NCBI GenBank assembly: GCA_033442325.1
Contig: JAWQFM010000003.1
Span: 1,153,710 to 1,217,709 of the forward strand
Direction: 5' to 3'
DNA from: Salpingoeca rosetta
Lineage: Eukaryota; Protista; Choanoflagellata
Length of the DNA stretch: 64,000 nt
In this document: piece after piece, positions 26,576-46,858 of the stretch
How positions within the stretch are numbered: position 1 is the first letter of the stretch
How the letters are laid out: each line of letters opens with the position of its first letter
Program-made: the position numbers and the translations under genes
Notes under the pieces: model-generated
Database searches by the model: none
The model's input: only the letters and a program-made list of their open reading frames with translations
Told to the model about the DNA's origin: nothing

Positions 26576-26897
26576 GGCTGGCTGTGTGCACGCTTGCCTG
26601 TGATGTATGTGTGTGTGTGTGTGCACGCGCTCGCTTGCATGGATGATCACCGTCGTGTGGATGGATGTGTATTGGTGGAGCAAACAGCTTCCGAGCAACC
26701 ACCTCAACAGCCTTCAACTTTTCGGTTGCGAGTTTGGTCAGCAAAGAAAATTCATGGGAATCGTTGGTCAATGCTCATCAACGCAAGTTCGGTTGTTTAT
26801 GGATGGTGGACGGAACACAACAGCACAGCAACCCATTCAACAACGCAGCAACGCGCATCTCACACAGCACGTCGCACCACACATTTAGGAACCGCTG

Positions 26898-26935
<38 letters not shown>

Positions 26936-26972
26936 TTACGTTGTTACACTTACACGCCCTCCTTACACAACT

Positions 26973-28619
26973 TTAGAACGCTCGGATAAAGCCCCAGAGC
27001 TCCACTTCGTGGACTTTGAAGCGCGACTGTGAGGAGAGTTGTTCGTTTGCAAATGTGGTGCATTCCTGGCTGCTGCCGTCCGTAAACGTCTCCTCAAGCC
27101 ACAGCCCATATCCGTTCCTGACGACAGAGCAGCAACCATGATTGTCGTCGTCGTGGTGATGGTGGTGGCGGTGGCGGTAGGTGGTGATGTGAGCACGGGT
27201 ACAGGAGGCATATGCACCGGCAACAAAACGATGAAAGGGCAAGCGAGAACGAGCGAGTAGAAGACTCAAGGAAGACTGAAGAAAGACTAAAGTTGCATCA
27301 GACCAGGTGGCAGAAAGCTCACGCACATTGTACCTCCTCCACGAAACACACACATGTATACACACATACATACACACACATACACACGCGTACACACACA
27401 TACACAATCACACACACAATCACACACATACATACACATTCATACACGCGTAAACACATGTTCACATGCACACACACGCACCCGCCGCCGCCAACGATGA
27501 GAGAGTCTTTGCTGGCGAGCTGCACATAGGTGTTGTCTCCGGTCCAGTTGAACACTTTAAATTCGGGATACATCTTCAACAACACGCCACCATACATAAA
27601 CATGTGCACCGCGTGAGTCGAAAGCTGTACTGTGCTGTGTTGGGCTGGGGTGTGCCGTGTTTTGTGGCAACCATTGGAACACGCATGCGCTCTGCTCTGC
27701 ATCTAGCTCCCCCTCCCCTGCCGGCTTTCTCACCAGCCCACACACCTTGAAAAGGAACGATGTGCCGCCCCCGAAGTAGGACTTGGACGGCTCCCACGTG
27801 TCCGTCACAAACGCGCCAAATACCTACATGGCGAGGCGGAAAGTGAGAACACCCTTTCATCATCCACACAAGCATCCATACGCGAACTTCCACATAAACC
27901 ATGCGAACATGCACGTAAACCATACGAACATGCACATAAACATGCGAACATCCACATAAAACATGCGAACATCAACATAAAACCTTCCGCAGCAATGCTA
28001 TGGCACACATACACACGCGTACACACACATACACAATCACACACACAATCACACACATACATACACATTCATACACGCGTAAACACATGTTCACATGCAC
28101 ACACACGCACCCGCCGCCGCCAACGATGAGAGAGTCTTTGCTGGCGAGCTGCACATAGGTGTTGTCTCCGGTCCAGTTGAACACTTTAAATTCGGGATAC
28201 ATCTTCAACAACACGCCACCATACATAAACATGTGCACCGCGTGAGTCGAAAGCTGTACTGTGCTGTGTTGGGCTGGGGTGTGCCGTGTTTTGTGGCAAC
28301 CATTGGAACACGCATGCGCTCTGCTCTGCATCTAGCTCCCCCTCCCCTGCCGGCTTTCTCACCAGCCCACACACCTTGAAAAGGAACGATGTGCCGCCCC
28401 CGAAGTAGGACTTGGACGGCTCCCACGTGTCCGTCACAAACGCGCCAAATACCTAAATGGCGAGGGGGAAAGTGAGAACACCCTTTCATCATCCACACAA
28501 GCATTCATACGCGAACATACATATAAACCATGCGAACATGCACATAAAACATGCGAACATCAACATAAACATGCGAACGCGTACCCACACACACTCACTC
28601 TCACACACTCACTCTCTCA

Positions 28620-28652
<33 letters not shown>

Positions 28653-30778
28653 ACACACGCGCACACACACACACACAACCAGTGTTTGTGCACTTTCACG
28701 CCCAGGGAAAGCGTACATTGCCCTCAAAATCGCGCACGAAGAGGATGGAGGGTCCAGGACACGTGAGCGCGCAGCGGTAGAGGGTGGACAGGCTGATGCC
28801 GTGCTCGTACGACGCGTACACTTTCTGGAAGTGCATGCACCGCTCCAGTGGCGGCAAGTGCGGCACAAGCTGATGGATAGTGGGTGTGGTGTAGTGGTGA
28901 GGGTTGTGAGGGCGGTGGTGAGAGTGGTTTGGTGGTGGTGCTCACACCGTATATTTGAGGTGACACACGCGCATGAACGAGCGAGCTCATTCAAAGAGAA
29001 CACACCCAACTCAACAACACCGCTGATGATAGCGAGGAATTTACGCCACAGCTTGGACATATGCGCATACCTGGGCAAAGGCCTGCTTGGAGACGAGCTT
29101 TGGCTCTGAGAGGAACACGGGCTCTGGGTAGGCGCGCTTGACGCTTTCCTCAGATGCAATCTTACGCAGCTCACTCATGGGCAGGCTGACACACATTGGC
29201 AAGCAAGTGGCATCAAGGGTGGATGTGAGCGATGCGGTGAGACACAGAGAAGTGAAGACAAAGAGTCATCAGTGCACACACACACGCACACACACACGCA
29301 CACGCACACGCACACGCACACGCACACGCACGCACACACACACACACCTTGAGAGCTCAACGACGTCCCAGTCTGCGAGCTGCTCTGCGGCGGCGTGCTG
29401 ATGAATGAATTCGTAGAGAACATCAATGCGACGCGGGGACACCGCCAGCCAATATGAGGCCGTAGTGTCGCAGGTCGGCTGCCGCCCAAAGACTGGCGAA
29501 GCAGTGGCGAGAGGAAGTGTGTGTGTGTGTGTGTGTGTGTGCGTGTGTGTGCGTGTGTGTGCGTGTATGACGCAGGGATGGTGAGAATAAAATGGTGAAA
29601 GGGATACAAACGAAACGGGGACCAAGTGTGTGCATGTGTGCTTTGTGTGTGCAAGTTGCAGGGGGTGTGCCATGGACTGGTCACACTCATGCATACACAT
29701 GCACACATGCACACATGCACAAGTTCACATATCACATACATACACATATACAACACCTCAACACATAAAATATATGCACACATAAAACACGTGCACAACG
29801 CACTCAATTGGAGGCGGAGCTCGAGGTAGTAAGGATAGAACAGGTCATCGCTGTCGTCAGCAGCACCATCGCCATCTGTATCACCATTCTTCTTCTCCGC
29901 ATCTGCTGTTGATTCGCCCTTCCTGTCCCCTGCTTCGTTCGCCTTCACCACAGTCTTCTTCTTGCCTTCCCCTTCCCCCTCTGCCTCCCCCACTCCCTGC
30001 TCCACCCCCTGCTTCCCGCTCTGTTGCTCCTCCCCTTTGCCCTCCTCTGCGTCCTCCTGGTCCGTGGATGCAAACACGTCCGTCTCCCCCACCGATGCCT
30101 GCATGCTCTCCATCGCCGATGATGCTGGCCTGTCCGGTGCCCCCGCTTTGTCGCTCGCCAAATCCACACTCGCCGTCGCTGGCGCTGTGGTAGACGTGCC
30201 AGTAGTGGCAGTTGCGGCAGTTGCGGCAGAAGTGGTAGTAGTGGCAGTAGTGGCAGTAGTGGCAGTAGTGGCAGTAGTGGCAGTAGTGGCAGTAGTGGCA
30301 GTAGTGTGTGCACCAGCGACCGTCGCTGCGGGTGCAGACTTCCTGCGCGCAGCACTCTCGTCAATCTCCCCCTCCTCCACCTTCTTTTTCTCTGCTCCCT
30401 CCGCCTTGACGTCCCTGCTGCCTCCCCGGCCGCGAAACCGCTCGATGGTCCGTCTCCGCGCGCGTTCAATGTCCACCGTCACCTCGTCGCTCGTAGACGC
30501 CGTGCGTACGATGTTCGAGTTGCCCTGCGGTCCAGCAGGCAGCACCATCTCCTCCATGCGGAACGGCACGCTGCCGTCCCCGGACGAGGGCGAGCGGTGG
30601 AATGCGCCGGCCGGAAGAAGGGTCCGCTTGTCCGGGCGGAAATCGGGCGCGTCGCGCTGTGTTCGCGGCGGCAGCAGGTCAACCATGTCTGTTGCGCACG
30701 CATCCGTGTGAGAGAATGTGTGTGTTTGTTTGTTTGTTTGTTTGTTTGTGTGTGTGTGTGTGTGTGTGTTTGTTTGTT

Positions 30779-30814
<36 letters not shown>

Positions 30815-31040
30815 TGTGTAAGACAACAATCAGATACGCAAAAGGCAACAGAGGCGAAAAGAACCAAGAGAGGCAAGAGCAACTACAGCCACAGCCACAG
30901 CCACATCGCTATAGCCACAATCATAGCGCACCGAGGTGAAAGCTGAACTGGGCAGACCCCATCTCGCGCACGAGGTCGGTCTGGTGTGGATGGAACTCGA
31001 CAAAGTCTGGTGTCACCGCCAGCGACCCCGGAATCACGCC

Positions 31041-31099
<59 letters not shown>

Positions 31100-31778
31100 C
31101 AAAGGCGGCATGAGCGAAGCGTCAGAACATGAGTCAGGATGATATACTGATGGGGCCTCGTTGGTGTGTTGCCAACAATAACTGTGACACGCATGCTCGA
31201 CAGTTGTTGTATCTATTGCAGCCCACACATACACAAACACAGAAACACACACACACACGTGTGTACACACCTTGCCGTCTGTGACGTAGAGAACGTGCAT
31301 GTGGATGAAGCTGTCGTTGATGCTGTTCACATTGCGATGCGTGGATATGCGCAGTATGGTAATGTGAGTCACCTCGAGCCATAAAACGGCAAAACAATCA
31401 CACGTATACGCACACAAACTCGCAGACACATGCTCGCATGTTCCCTTCATGGTACTTCGCCCGTTCAACGCACACTGTCCCCACCAGCGAAAGCGATCAC
31501 CTCAACAGCGCCAGCACCAACACAAACACGAAAAGATAATGACAACGACGCACAATTCCTGTTCGTCGAAAGCCTTGTCAGCGAGGTATGTCTTTGGGAC
31601 GGCCCTCAAGCCAACGCCGCCGGCAGGTGCCGCCATTGCGTACGACAGCGCCCCCATCTTGCGCAAGCCATCATCGCCTGCCGTCAAGTGCACAAACAAG
31701 TGTGGTGACGAATGCACTTCAAGGAGTCCACACACACACACACAGACACACACAGACACACAGACACACAGACACACA

Positions 31779-31843
<65 letters not shown>

Positions 31844-32421
31844 ACAAAATCATCATCATCACCACCACCACCTCGTTACGTACGTTGCTTTGGGGCGCTT
31901 GCGCTGTTTGCACGTCGGCGTGCAGATGGGCTGAGCATGCTTCGCTTTGCCGAGCGCGAGCCGGTGGAGGTGGTCTTGCTACGTGATCGCCCGCCACCGA
32001 TGGAGCCCTGCAGCAGCTGCCGGATACTGCGGCGCTGTGGCGTTCGCATGCGCGTGGCGTCGGTTCGTGCTGCTGCTGCTGCTGCTGCTGTGACCTTCGC
32101 TGCTGCCGCTTTGGCTGCCGCTGATGCTGCTGTGGATGCAGACGCCTTGGCGGATGACGATGGCGATGCTGGCGGGGGCTGTGACTTGACGCCCTTGAAC
32201 GGGAACAGCGTTGCCTGCGCAGCGTCCTTGGACTGGACATCCCGCACAAACACAATCTGCACGGTGTCCATGTGCACAGGTGGGGTTAGTTATCGTGTGT
32301 TGGGTGTATATGTGTGTGCGTGTGCGTGTGGTGTTGCGGGGAATGGACAAAGAGTTGGTGCACACGTCGTTGGATAGCGACAGAAAGCACTGAATGGACG
32401 GCGTGAGCGCTGAATGCACAT

Positions 32422-32482
<61 letters not shown>

Positions 32483-33674
32483 GCGTGCGCACCTGTTTTG
32501 GGAAGACGTGTGGAGTGTTGAGGCGATTGATCGTCTTGAACTCGGACTCGGTCATGCCAAAGGAGACGGCAGCCTTCTGTGTGGTCATCATGTCCTTGAT
32601 CTCAACCGCAACAAACCCGGGTGGTGGCACATGCGCACCCTTTCCCTCAGCTGACTGCTTGCCAGCCTTGGCACTGGAGCTGCCACTGGAGCTGGAAGCC
32701 TGTGCAGTATCTGCATGACGCGTGTGCAAACAAGTGGAACACAGCGGGAAAAAAGGCACATGACAGCACCCGACACGCCATCATGGCAGTTGCGTGAGCA
32801 TGCGGTGGACAGAGACCACAGCCTTGACGCCTCGAAATCGCGCACACGCAAGTTCATGCACGCACAAGCACACGCAAGCACACACACACACACACACATA
32901 CACACGTACATGCACACCCACACACCCACACATGCACACACACACACACACAGGTGCGTGGCGATGTGAACAGCCATCAAAAGCTCTGCATGAACAACAT
33001 GGCATCACGACCTGATGAAGGTGGGTGTGCATCCTTGGGTGCCTGTGCTTGCTGCCGAGAGAAGGAAGGCAGGGAGTTGAGGATGTCGTCGATGGACATG
33101 GCGGAGCTGTTGCTCGACACGCCCGGTGGTATGTGCGACGCCATGGTCGGACTGTTCGCTGGCAGCTCCACGCTACGCACAATGCACACGCGCGCACATG
33201 GTGCGGTGTTGAATTGGTTTGTTCAAACAAGTGCGTCACGGTGAGTCAGGGCACCAATGGACGGGGGAAGAGACCAACACCGACCCCACCCCTCCCCCAA
33301 CCAGCCACGACAAGCAAAACCAACACGGAACAATTTGGGTTTGTTTGGGTTTTTGTGTGGCTGTGGCGACATGGTGTGTCATCCTTGTGATCGCTGGCTG
33401 ACGGTGATTGCAGCGGCAGCAGAGGGCGGCAGCAGCAGCAGCAGTGGTGGCGGTTTCGTGGAGTGTGCAAGTGGCAAAACAAAACGAACACGTACGACTG
33501 TGAGGCGAGCGGCTGGAGGGGCGGGGAGCCTTGCACGTCCAATGCCTCCTTCATGCGACGTGCCTCCTCCTCAGTTGCGTTGGTCGTCGTCGTCGTTGGT
33601 GTTGGTGTTGGTGTTGATGTTGATGTGGAGGAGGCAGCGGAGGAGGGTTGGTGGTTGCTCGCGGCGAAGTTCAT
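26973..33674 (-). CDS. OXR1: OXR1/NCOA7-like protein (LysM-like, GRAM-like and C-terminal TLDc domains), multi-exon
   Basis: LysM-like segment [28 protein letters not shown]; GRAM-like [24 protein letters not shown]; YWLAVS; TLDc motifs [62 protein letters not shown]. Some central exon boundaries are uncertain. Confidence 0.88.
27375..28570. repeat. Tandem duplication (629-bp offset) containing two TLDc exons of the OXR1-like gene
   Basis: About 27375-27981 matches about 28004-28570. The ORF track shows identical ORFs 629 bp apart (27466/28095, 27557/28186). The copies differ in intronic bases and in copy number of a ~20-bp unit (catgcgaacatgcacataaa). Confidence 0.92.
30201..30305. repeat. 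Coding (GTAGTGGCA)n repeat encoding Thr-Ala-Thr in the OXR1-like gene
   Basis: 9-bp units translating to TTATTATTA on the - strand within a large exon. Confidence 0.85.
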
Positions 33675-33765
33675 CTGAAAATTTTGAACACGACACCATA
33701 AACTGTAGTGTGCACCGGGCTGTGGCAAACTGCTGAGACCGCTGGCTGGCTGGCTGTTGATCTAA
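33675..33765. promoter_or_regulatory. Very short (91 bp) divergent intergenic region, probable bidirectional promoter for OXR1-like and SLC35C1
   Basis: Probable start codons at 33674 (-) and 33766 (+). Depends on those ATG calls being correct. Confidence 0.5.
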
Positions 33766-33905
33766 ATGATGATGGACGACAAAGGCAAGGGGGGCGAGGA
33801 TGCCCTGTTCCAACGGAGCATGAAGATTGTCTCCGTGGTGGCGCTCTACTGGTACGGGTGTGCGTGTGTGTGTGTGTAGGGGGTGTGTGTGCAAATGTGT
33901 GGGTG

Positions 33906-33950
<45 letters not shown>

Positions 33951-35161
33951 ATCTGGCCTGTGCTTGATGGAGTGTGTCGGTTTTGATCTCTGCCTCCTGT
34001 CTTCTGTTTCACTGTTGTCCGCCAATCTCTTGTGCAGGTTTGTGTCCATTTCCATGGTGTTCCTCAACAAGCACTTGCTCAGTGATGTGGACGTAAGTGG
34101 GCACAGCCATCTGATGGCTACGACTTACTGATATCTGCGCTCTTGGATCGGCCTTCTTTGCTCATTCTTGGAGCCGTTTCCATTGCGCCTTGCTTGCCTT
34201 TGCTTGCTTGCATGTGTACGCAGACGCACGTTTGCTCACGCCTTCTGTGCTTTATTCGATCTCTTCGTCTTGTTTACAGCTGAAAGCCCCAATGTTCGTG
34301 ACGTGGTTCCAATGCGTCGTCGCCGTCGTGGCCAGCTACTTCCTCGGCATGTTCCGTGATGCTGCCAGCTTCATGAACATGTTCCCAACCTTTGAGTACG
34401 ATATCGCCAAGGCCAAGGAGGTGTGTGCGCGCGTGTGTGCATGCCTGAGTGTTTGTGTGTGCGTGTGTTGTGTGCATGCCTGTGTGTGTACGTGTGTGCG
34501 TGTGCGTGTGTTGTGTGCATCATGTCTGTGTGTGTGTGTGTGTGTGCTTATATGTGCACACGGTGCGGTGCGCCCATGTGCGTATGTATGTGCATGTGTC
34601 ATGTTCATTGCAGCTGCCACGTACTCTCCCCATGCAGCTGATGCCATGTGATGAACAACACGTGCATGCATGTGACGGTGCAGATCCTTCCCTTGAGTGC
34701 CGTGTTTGTGGGCATGATCGCTTTCAACAACCTCTGTCTCAAGGAGGTCGGCGTGCCCTTTTACAACGTCGGACGCTCCCTCACCACACTCTTCAACATC
34801 GTAAGCGCGCGCGCGCGTGTGTGTGTGTGTGCGTGAGTGCGCGCGCTTGTGTGTCTACGTGTTTGAGCGAACGCTGAGCACTGTGGTGTCGCAACAACGC
34901 TTTTCCGTGCCCATCTGCCAATACTTGACGATTCACGTGGCGCTGCTCGTTCACCTGCGATGATGCCTGCGATGATGCCTGCGTCCCAGGTGCTGTCGTA
35001 CGTGATGCTGCACCAGTCCACGTCTGTGCGCGCGCTGGGCATGTGCGCCATCATCGTGATGGGCTTCTTTCTCGGTGTTGATCAGGAGGGAGATGAGGGC
35101 GAACTCTCCATGATTGGTGAGATGGTGTCATGGATGGTCCACGCAGAACAACTGTGCCATG

Positions 35162-35243
<82 letters not shown>

Positions 35244-35508
35244 CACGTACGCCCCGCGTTTACGGTGCCACTGCGGCGCGGTTCGTGTCAACAACACAAC
35301 TCTCACTATTGGTTTTCCACTGCTGAATTTTCACCTTTGCAGGCGTGTTTTACGGCATCATGGCCAGTCTCTGTGTTGCTCTCAACGCCATCTACATCAA
35401 GAAGGTGCACAACCCCTACTTATCGAACTGGTCTGCACGTGTTGAATTGAAACACACAAACACGCACTCACTCACTGACTCACTCACCCATTCACACACA
35501 AACACGCA

Positions 35509-35603
<95 letters not shown>

Positions 35604-35804
35604 TTGCAGGTGCTTCCGGTTGTGAACGGGGACTCGTGGCTGCTGATGGCGTACAACAACGCCAACGCCACGCTGCTCTTCCTCCCCGTCATTCTCCTCT
35701 TCCAGGAGGTGCCCCAAATTGTCGCCTCCCCAGACATCTTCCGCCCGTCATATTGGGTCCTCATGTCCATTGCCGGCTTCTTTGGTGAGCACGAAGCGGA
35801 TGCA

Positions 35805-35851
<47 letters not shown>

Positions 35852-35906
35852 TTGTGTGTGTGTGTGTGTGTGGTTGTGCATTCGTGCATGTACCTGTCTG
35901 TCTACC

Positions 35907-35943
<37 letters not shown>

Positions 35944-36193
35944 ATGTGCATTCGCGCATGGATGTACCTGCAGGCTTGCTGATGATGTACTTGGTGCCTT
36001 GATCTGCGTTTGTATGGGTGCCCGCAGGCATTGCAATTGGGCTCGTGACCATGCTGCAAGTCAGCGTGACCAGCCCCGTCACCCACAACATCAGCGGAAC
36101 AGCAAAGGTGTTTGCGTGTGAACACGACATGATGTCCCTCGTAAATGGCTACTCATGCTCCCTGGCCACTTGTAGCAGCGCCTCACTTTAATC

Positions 36194-36249
<56 letters not shown>

Positions 36250-36642
36250 CCACAACAACAGGCGTGTGCGCAGACGATCCTTGCGCTGCAGATCAACGGC
36301 GAGGTGCGCAGCGCCATGTGGTGGCTCGGAAACCTCTTTGTCCTCGGCGGATCGCTCGGTTACGCCATCGTCAAACGCGCTGTACGTCGCTGGTTTCTGG
36401 TGCTCGTTTGTGTTGGTGGCGATGGTAGTGGTGGTGGAGGGTACGAAGAGGCGAGTCATGTCGTTGCCAAGAATTGTGTTGACACTCACTCACTCACTCA
36501 CTCACTCACTCACTCACTCACTCACTCACACGCTCACTCACTCACACATACTCGCATACATTATACTGTTTTCGCTTGTGCATTGCAGGAGATGAGGAGA
36601 GAAATTGCACGGGAATCGTCACAGGAGGACTCAAAGGCGTGA
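33766..36642 (+). CDS. SLC35C1: Golgi GDP-fucose transporter, multi-exon
   Basis: [21 protein letters not shown]; [10 protein letters not shown]; [28 protein letters not shown]; GFFLGVDQE; [10 protein letters not shown]; YNNANA; [23 protein letters not shown]. Stop TGA ends at 36642. Confidence 0.95.
36193..36261. repeat. (CAA)n tract running directly into a 3' splice acceptor of SLC35C1
   Basis: caacaa...caacag|gcgtgtgcg; the next exon starts ACAQT. Confidence 0.9.
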
Positions 36643-37113
36643 TGTTCACGCGTGTTGGTGGTGGCAGACCCAACCAAGAAGTAGATTGAAAGCGTGTGTG
36701 TATGTGTGTGTGGTGTGTGTGTGTGTGGTGTCTTCCGTTGATGAATTGCAATGCGTTGCCTTGTTGTTGCTTGCTTGCCTGTGATTGTATTGCTCTTCCA
36801 AACAGTGTTAACCCCAGCACTCAGTAAAGAAACGACAGTGCGTGGTCATGTAACTGTGAATCAGGCACACATGCCAGACCACCAACACCGCAAAAACGCA
36901 CCACAGGCAAACAAAGGGGCCAACACGCTCGCACGCACACACACACACATATACACGCTCTCTGTCTCTCACTATCTCACATACACACACACACTCTCTC
37001 TCTCACATGCAACACACACACAATATCAAAGCCGAACAACCAAAAGAAACAACAAAACAACTGTCGACGAGCACAGGCTGCCCAGCCTGCGCAGTATCAG
37101 AAACAAGAGGCCA

Positions 37114-43766
<6,653 letters not shown>

Positions 43767-44061
43767 CTTGTTGTTTGTAGCGTGGTGGTGTGACACAAAA
43801 GCGTTGGTTGAAAGTGCTGACGTTCCTACGCCCTGCGGTACTTGTTTCTTGTTTGTTGTCTTGGTGGAAATGATGTTCTGGTGGAAGATCGCTGGCTGGA
43901 TTGATTGATTGTCGACGTATCTTGAGCCCTGTGTGTCTCCTCTTGTTGCGGCAACGTTGCGCTGGTGGAAATGGTGCGGTGCTCAGCAGTCTTGCTGACT
44001 GTTGTTGGGCAGTGATTGTGGGAAATTGTTAGAAGATATTCATGATCTTCTTGTTTGGATT

Positions 44062-45318
44062 ATGCGGTTTCGAGCGCGAGTGGCGCTGTTGTGGGCGCTG
44101 GCTGTCCTGGCGCTCGTCGTAACTGTGCACCTTGGTCAGCAGTGTGCGTGTTTGTGTTTGTGTATGTGCGTTTGTGGTTTGTGTGTGTGTGTGCGTGTGT
44201 GTTTGTGTGTTTGTGTGTGTTTGTGTGTGTCACATCACATCACGTGTCAGGTCGACCCCGTGTTCACTGCTGCTGTTATGCACAGCTTTGACACATCGCA
44301 TTGTTGTTTTGTTGTGGTGCTGGCGATGCAGGACGCAAGGAAAGCGGCCGCCGTAACAAGCGCAGTGTTGATGGTGACGATGCTGCTAATGATGATGTCA
44401 CTGCTTTGATGATGGAGCAGCTGCCATCACTGCTGTCACCACAGCGTGCTGTATCGACATGCAAGCTGGCCAGGTCCGCTCACTCCTTTGTGGCGTTGAT
44501 GGGCATAGTGTGGCACCTACCGTGTGATTGGGTGGACACACATGTAAATACATGCACGTGTGAGTGTACGCACACACACATGTCATATACATGCACGTGT
44601 GAATGTACACACACACACACACATGTCATACACACGCACGTGTGAGTGTACGCACACGTGTATGTGCACGTGTGTGACAACCTCATCATCTCGCACTCAC
44701 GTTGCGTGGCCATACTGCTGCTGCTGCTGTGTTGCCAACCACGATCATGAAGCAAGGCAGGTCCAGGACGCACGAAAAGGCAAGGGCGCCGGACATGCCG
44801 TGACGCTCACCTTTGTGGGCGACGTGTCCTTTGCGCGCGATATTGGCAGGCAGTTGGATGAGGCTGCAGCTGCAGAGGATGGTGCCGATGGCTGCGCCTC
44901 CGTGTTTCGGCATGTGCACCCGCTGTTCCAAGCCAGTGACGTCGTGCTCGCCAACCTGGAAAGTCCAGGTGTGGCAAACGCCACCACGTCCTCCGACCCG
45001 CAGCAGCGCAAGCGCATCTCCCTTGGAGCTCAACTTCAGGTAAGCCTGCCTGATGGTGTTATCCAACTCTCTGCCACTCTTGCTTCCACAATCTCCACAC
45101 AAGGTGTCGTGGCACTGTATGCCTCTATTGTCTCAATCCACACTGTTGCTTGCATGCGCGTCTCACGCTTCGCACCTTCACACCCTGCCTGTCTATGCGC
45201 AGCACTTGCGATGCTTGAAGACTGCAGGCATCACCACCGTGTCATTGGCCAACAACCACGTGCTCGACTTTGGCGAAGCCTCCTTTCGGTACGTGCATGT
45301 GTGTGTGTGTGTGTGTGA

Positions 45319-45357
<39 letters not shown>

Positions 45358-45643
45358 GGTGTGTGAGTGTGTGCAAGTGTGCGTGTGCGGGTGTGCGTGG
45401 TTTTGTAACAAGAAATCGTGGGTGCCGCATAGTCTGTCCCAGTCGTATTGGGGGTAGGGCTGACATGTTGGTGACGACAACGTGTCTGTCGCCACAGGGA
45501 GACGCTTGCTGCTCTTGATGAGCTGTCGATTGGCGTTGTTGGCGCCACCGCGGGTGCGTCTCATATTGGCAGCACGGATCCCCGCAAAGGTCTTGCCGTT
45601 CAGACCATCAAAGGCGTCAAGCTTGGATTCCTCGCGGTCAGTC

Positions 45644-45724
<81 letters not shown>

Positions 45725-46162
45725 GTGTGTTGTGTGTGTGTGTGTATGTGTTCGTTGTGTGCGTGTGTGTATGTACGTGTGTATGTGTGTGCTGATTTTT
45801 TTCTGTGTGCGCCTGTGCATTGCAAAACTACTCGCCCAGCACTCACCACCTTCCACCACCCCATGCATTGATCAGTTTTGCCAAGTCAAAGCCTGTCGTG
45901 CTGCTCGCTCCCATGCAAACGTTGGACCAAGGCTTGTACGTTTCTGTATGTGTGTGCGTGCATACGCTGCGTGTGAGAGACTCGCTCCTTGCTTTGTTCG
46001 TCCACGCTTCGGCTGGTACTCACCGCCACATCCCGTGGCTTCAATCCACACAGCTGACGTCGCTTTCTGATGTCCTCGATGCAATTGAGCAAGCGCGAAC
46101 CCAGGTTAACAGTGTAATGATTGCAATTGTGGTGGTGGTGGTGACGATGATGATGATGATGG

Positions 46163-46214
<52 letters not shown>

Positions 46215-46826
46215 AACGGCAGCGTGCTGGTGCTGGCAGGACTCGCATCCTGTCCCATTCTCACACATCAACGAATCTCCATTTACACAATGTACATGTG
46301 TATTGCAGGTGGATGTGGTCGTTGTGGTTGTGCACTGGGGCCGTGAGTATTACACGCGCGTGTCGCAACTGCAGCGGCATCAAGCAGAGGAGATGACCAA
46401 GGCTGGCGCACACATCATCGTCGGCCACCACCAACACGTGCTTCAGGTGTGCCCGTGTGCACGCGTGTGCATGCGTGTGTCCGTGTCTGTCTGTGTCTGT
46501 CTGTATGTGTCTGTGTGTCTGTGTGCGAATATATCCTCCACACCTCATGCTGCTCCTCTTCCCGCTCGCCCCACCCCCTTCCGCAACACAAAACACCCGC
46601 AACAGGACCATGCCATTGGAAGCAACAGCGCTGTGCTGTACGGGCTGGGCAACTTTGTGTTTGACAGCCACGTGTGCCGGGATCCGCACACGTATGCCAT
46701 CAATTTCACGGCGTCCCCTGCGTGTATGTCACTGCCGCCGCCACTGCGCCCACTGACACTGACAGACGTGATGCACTCGCGCATATACCGGTCAGTAAGT
46801 GTGTGTGTGTCTATGTGTGTGTGTGT

Positions 46827-46858
<32 letters not shown>

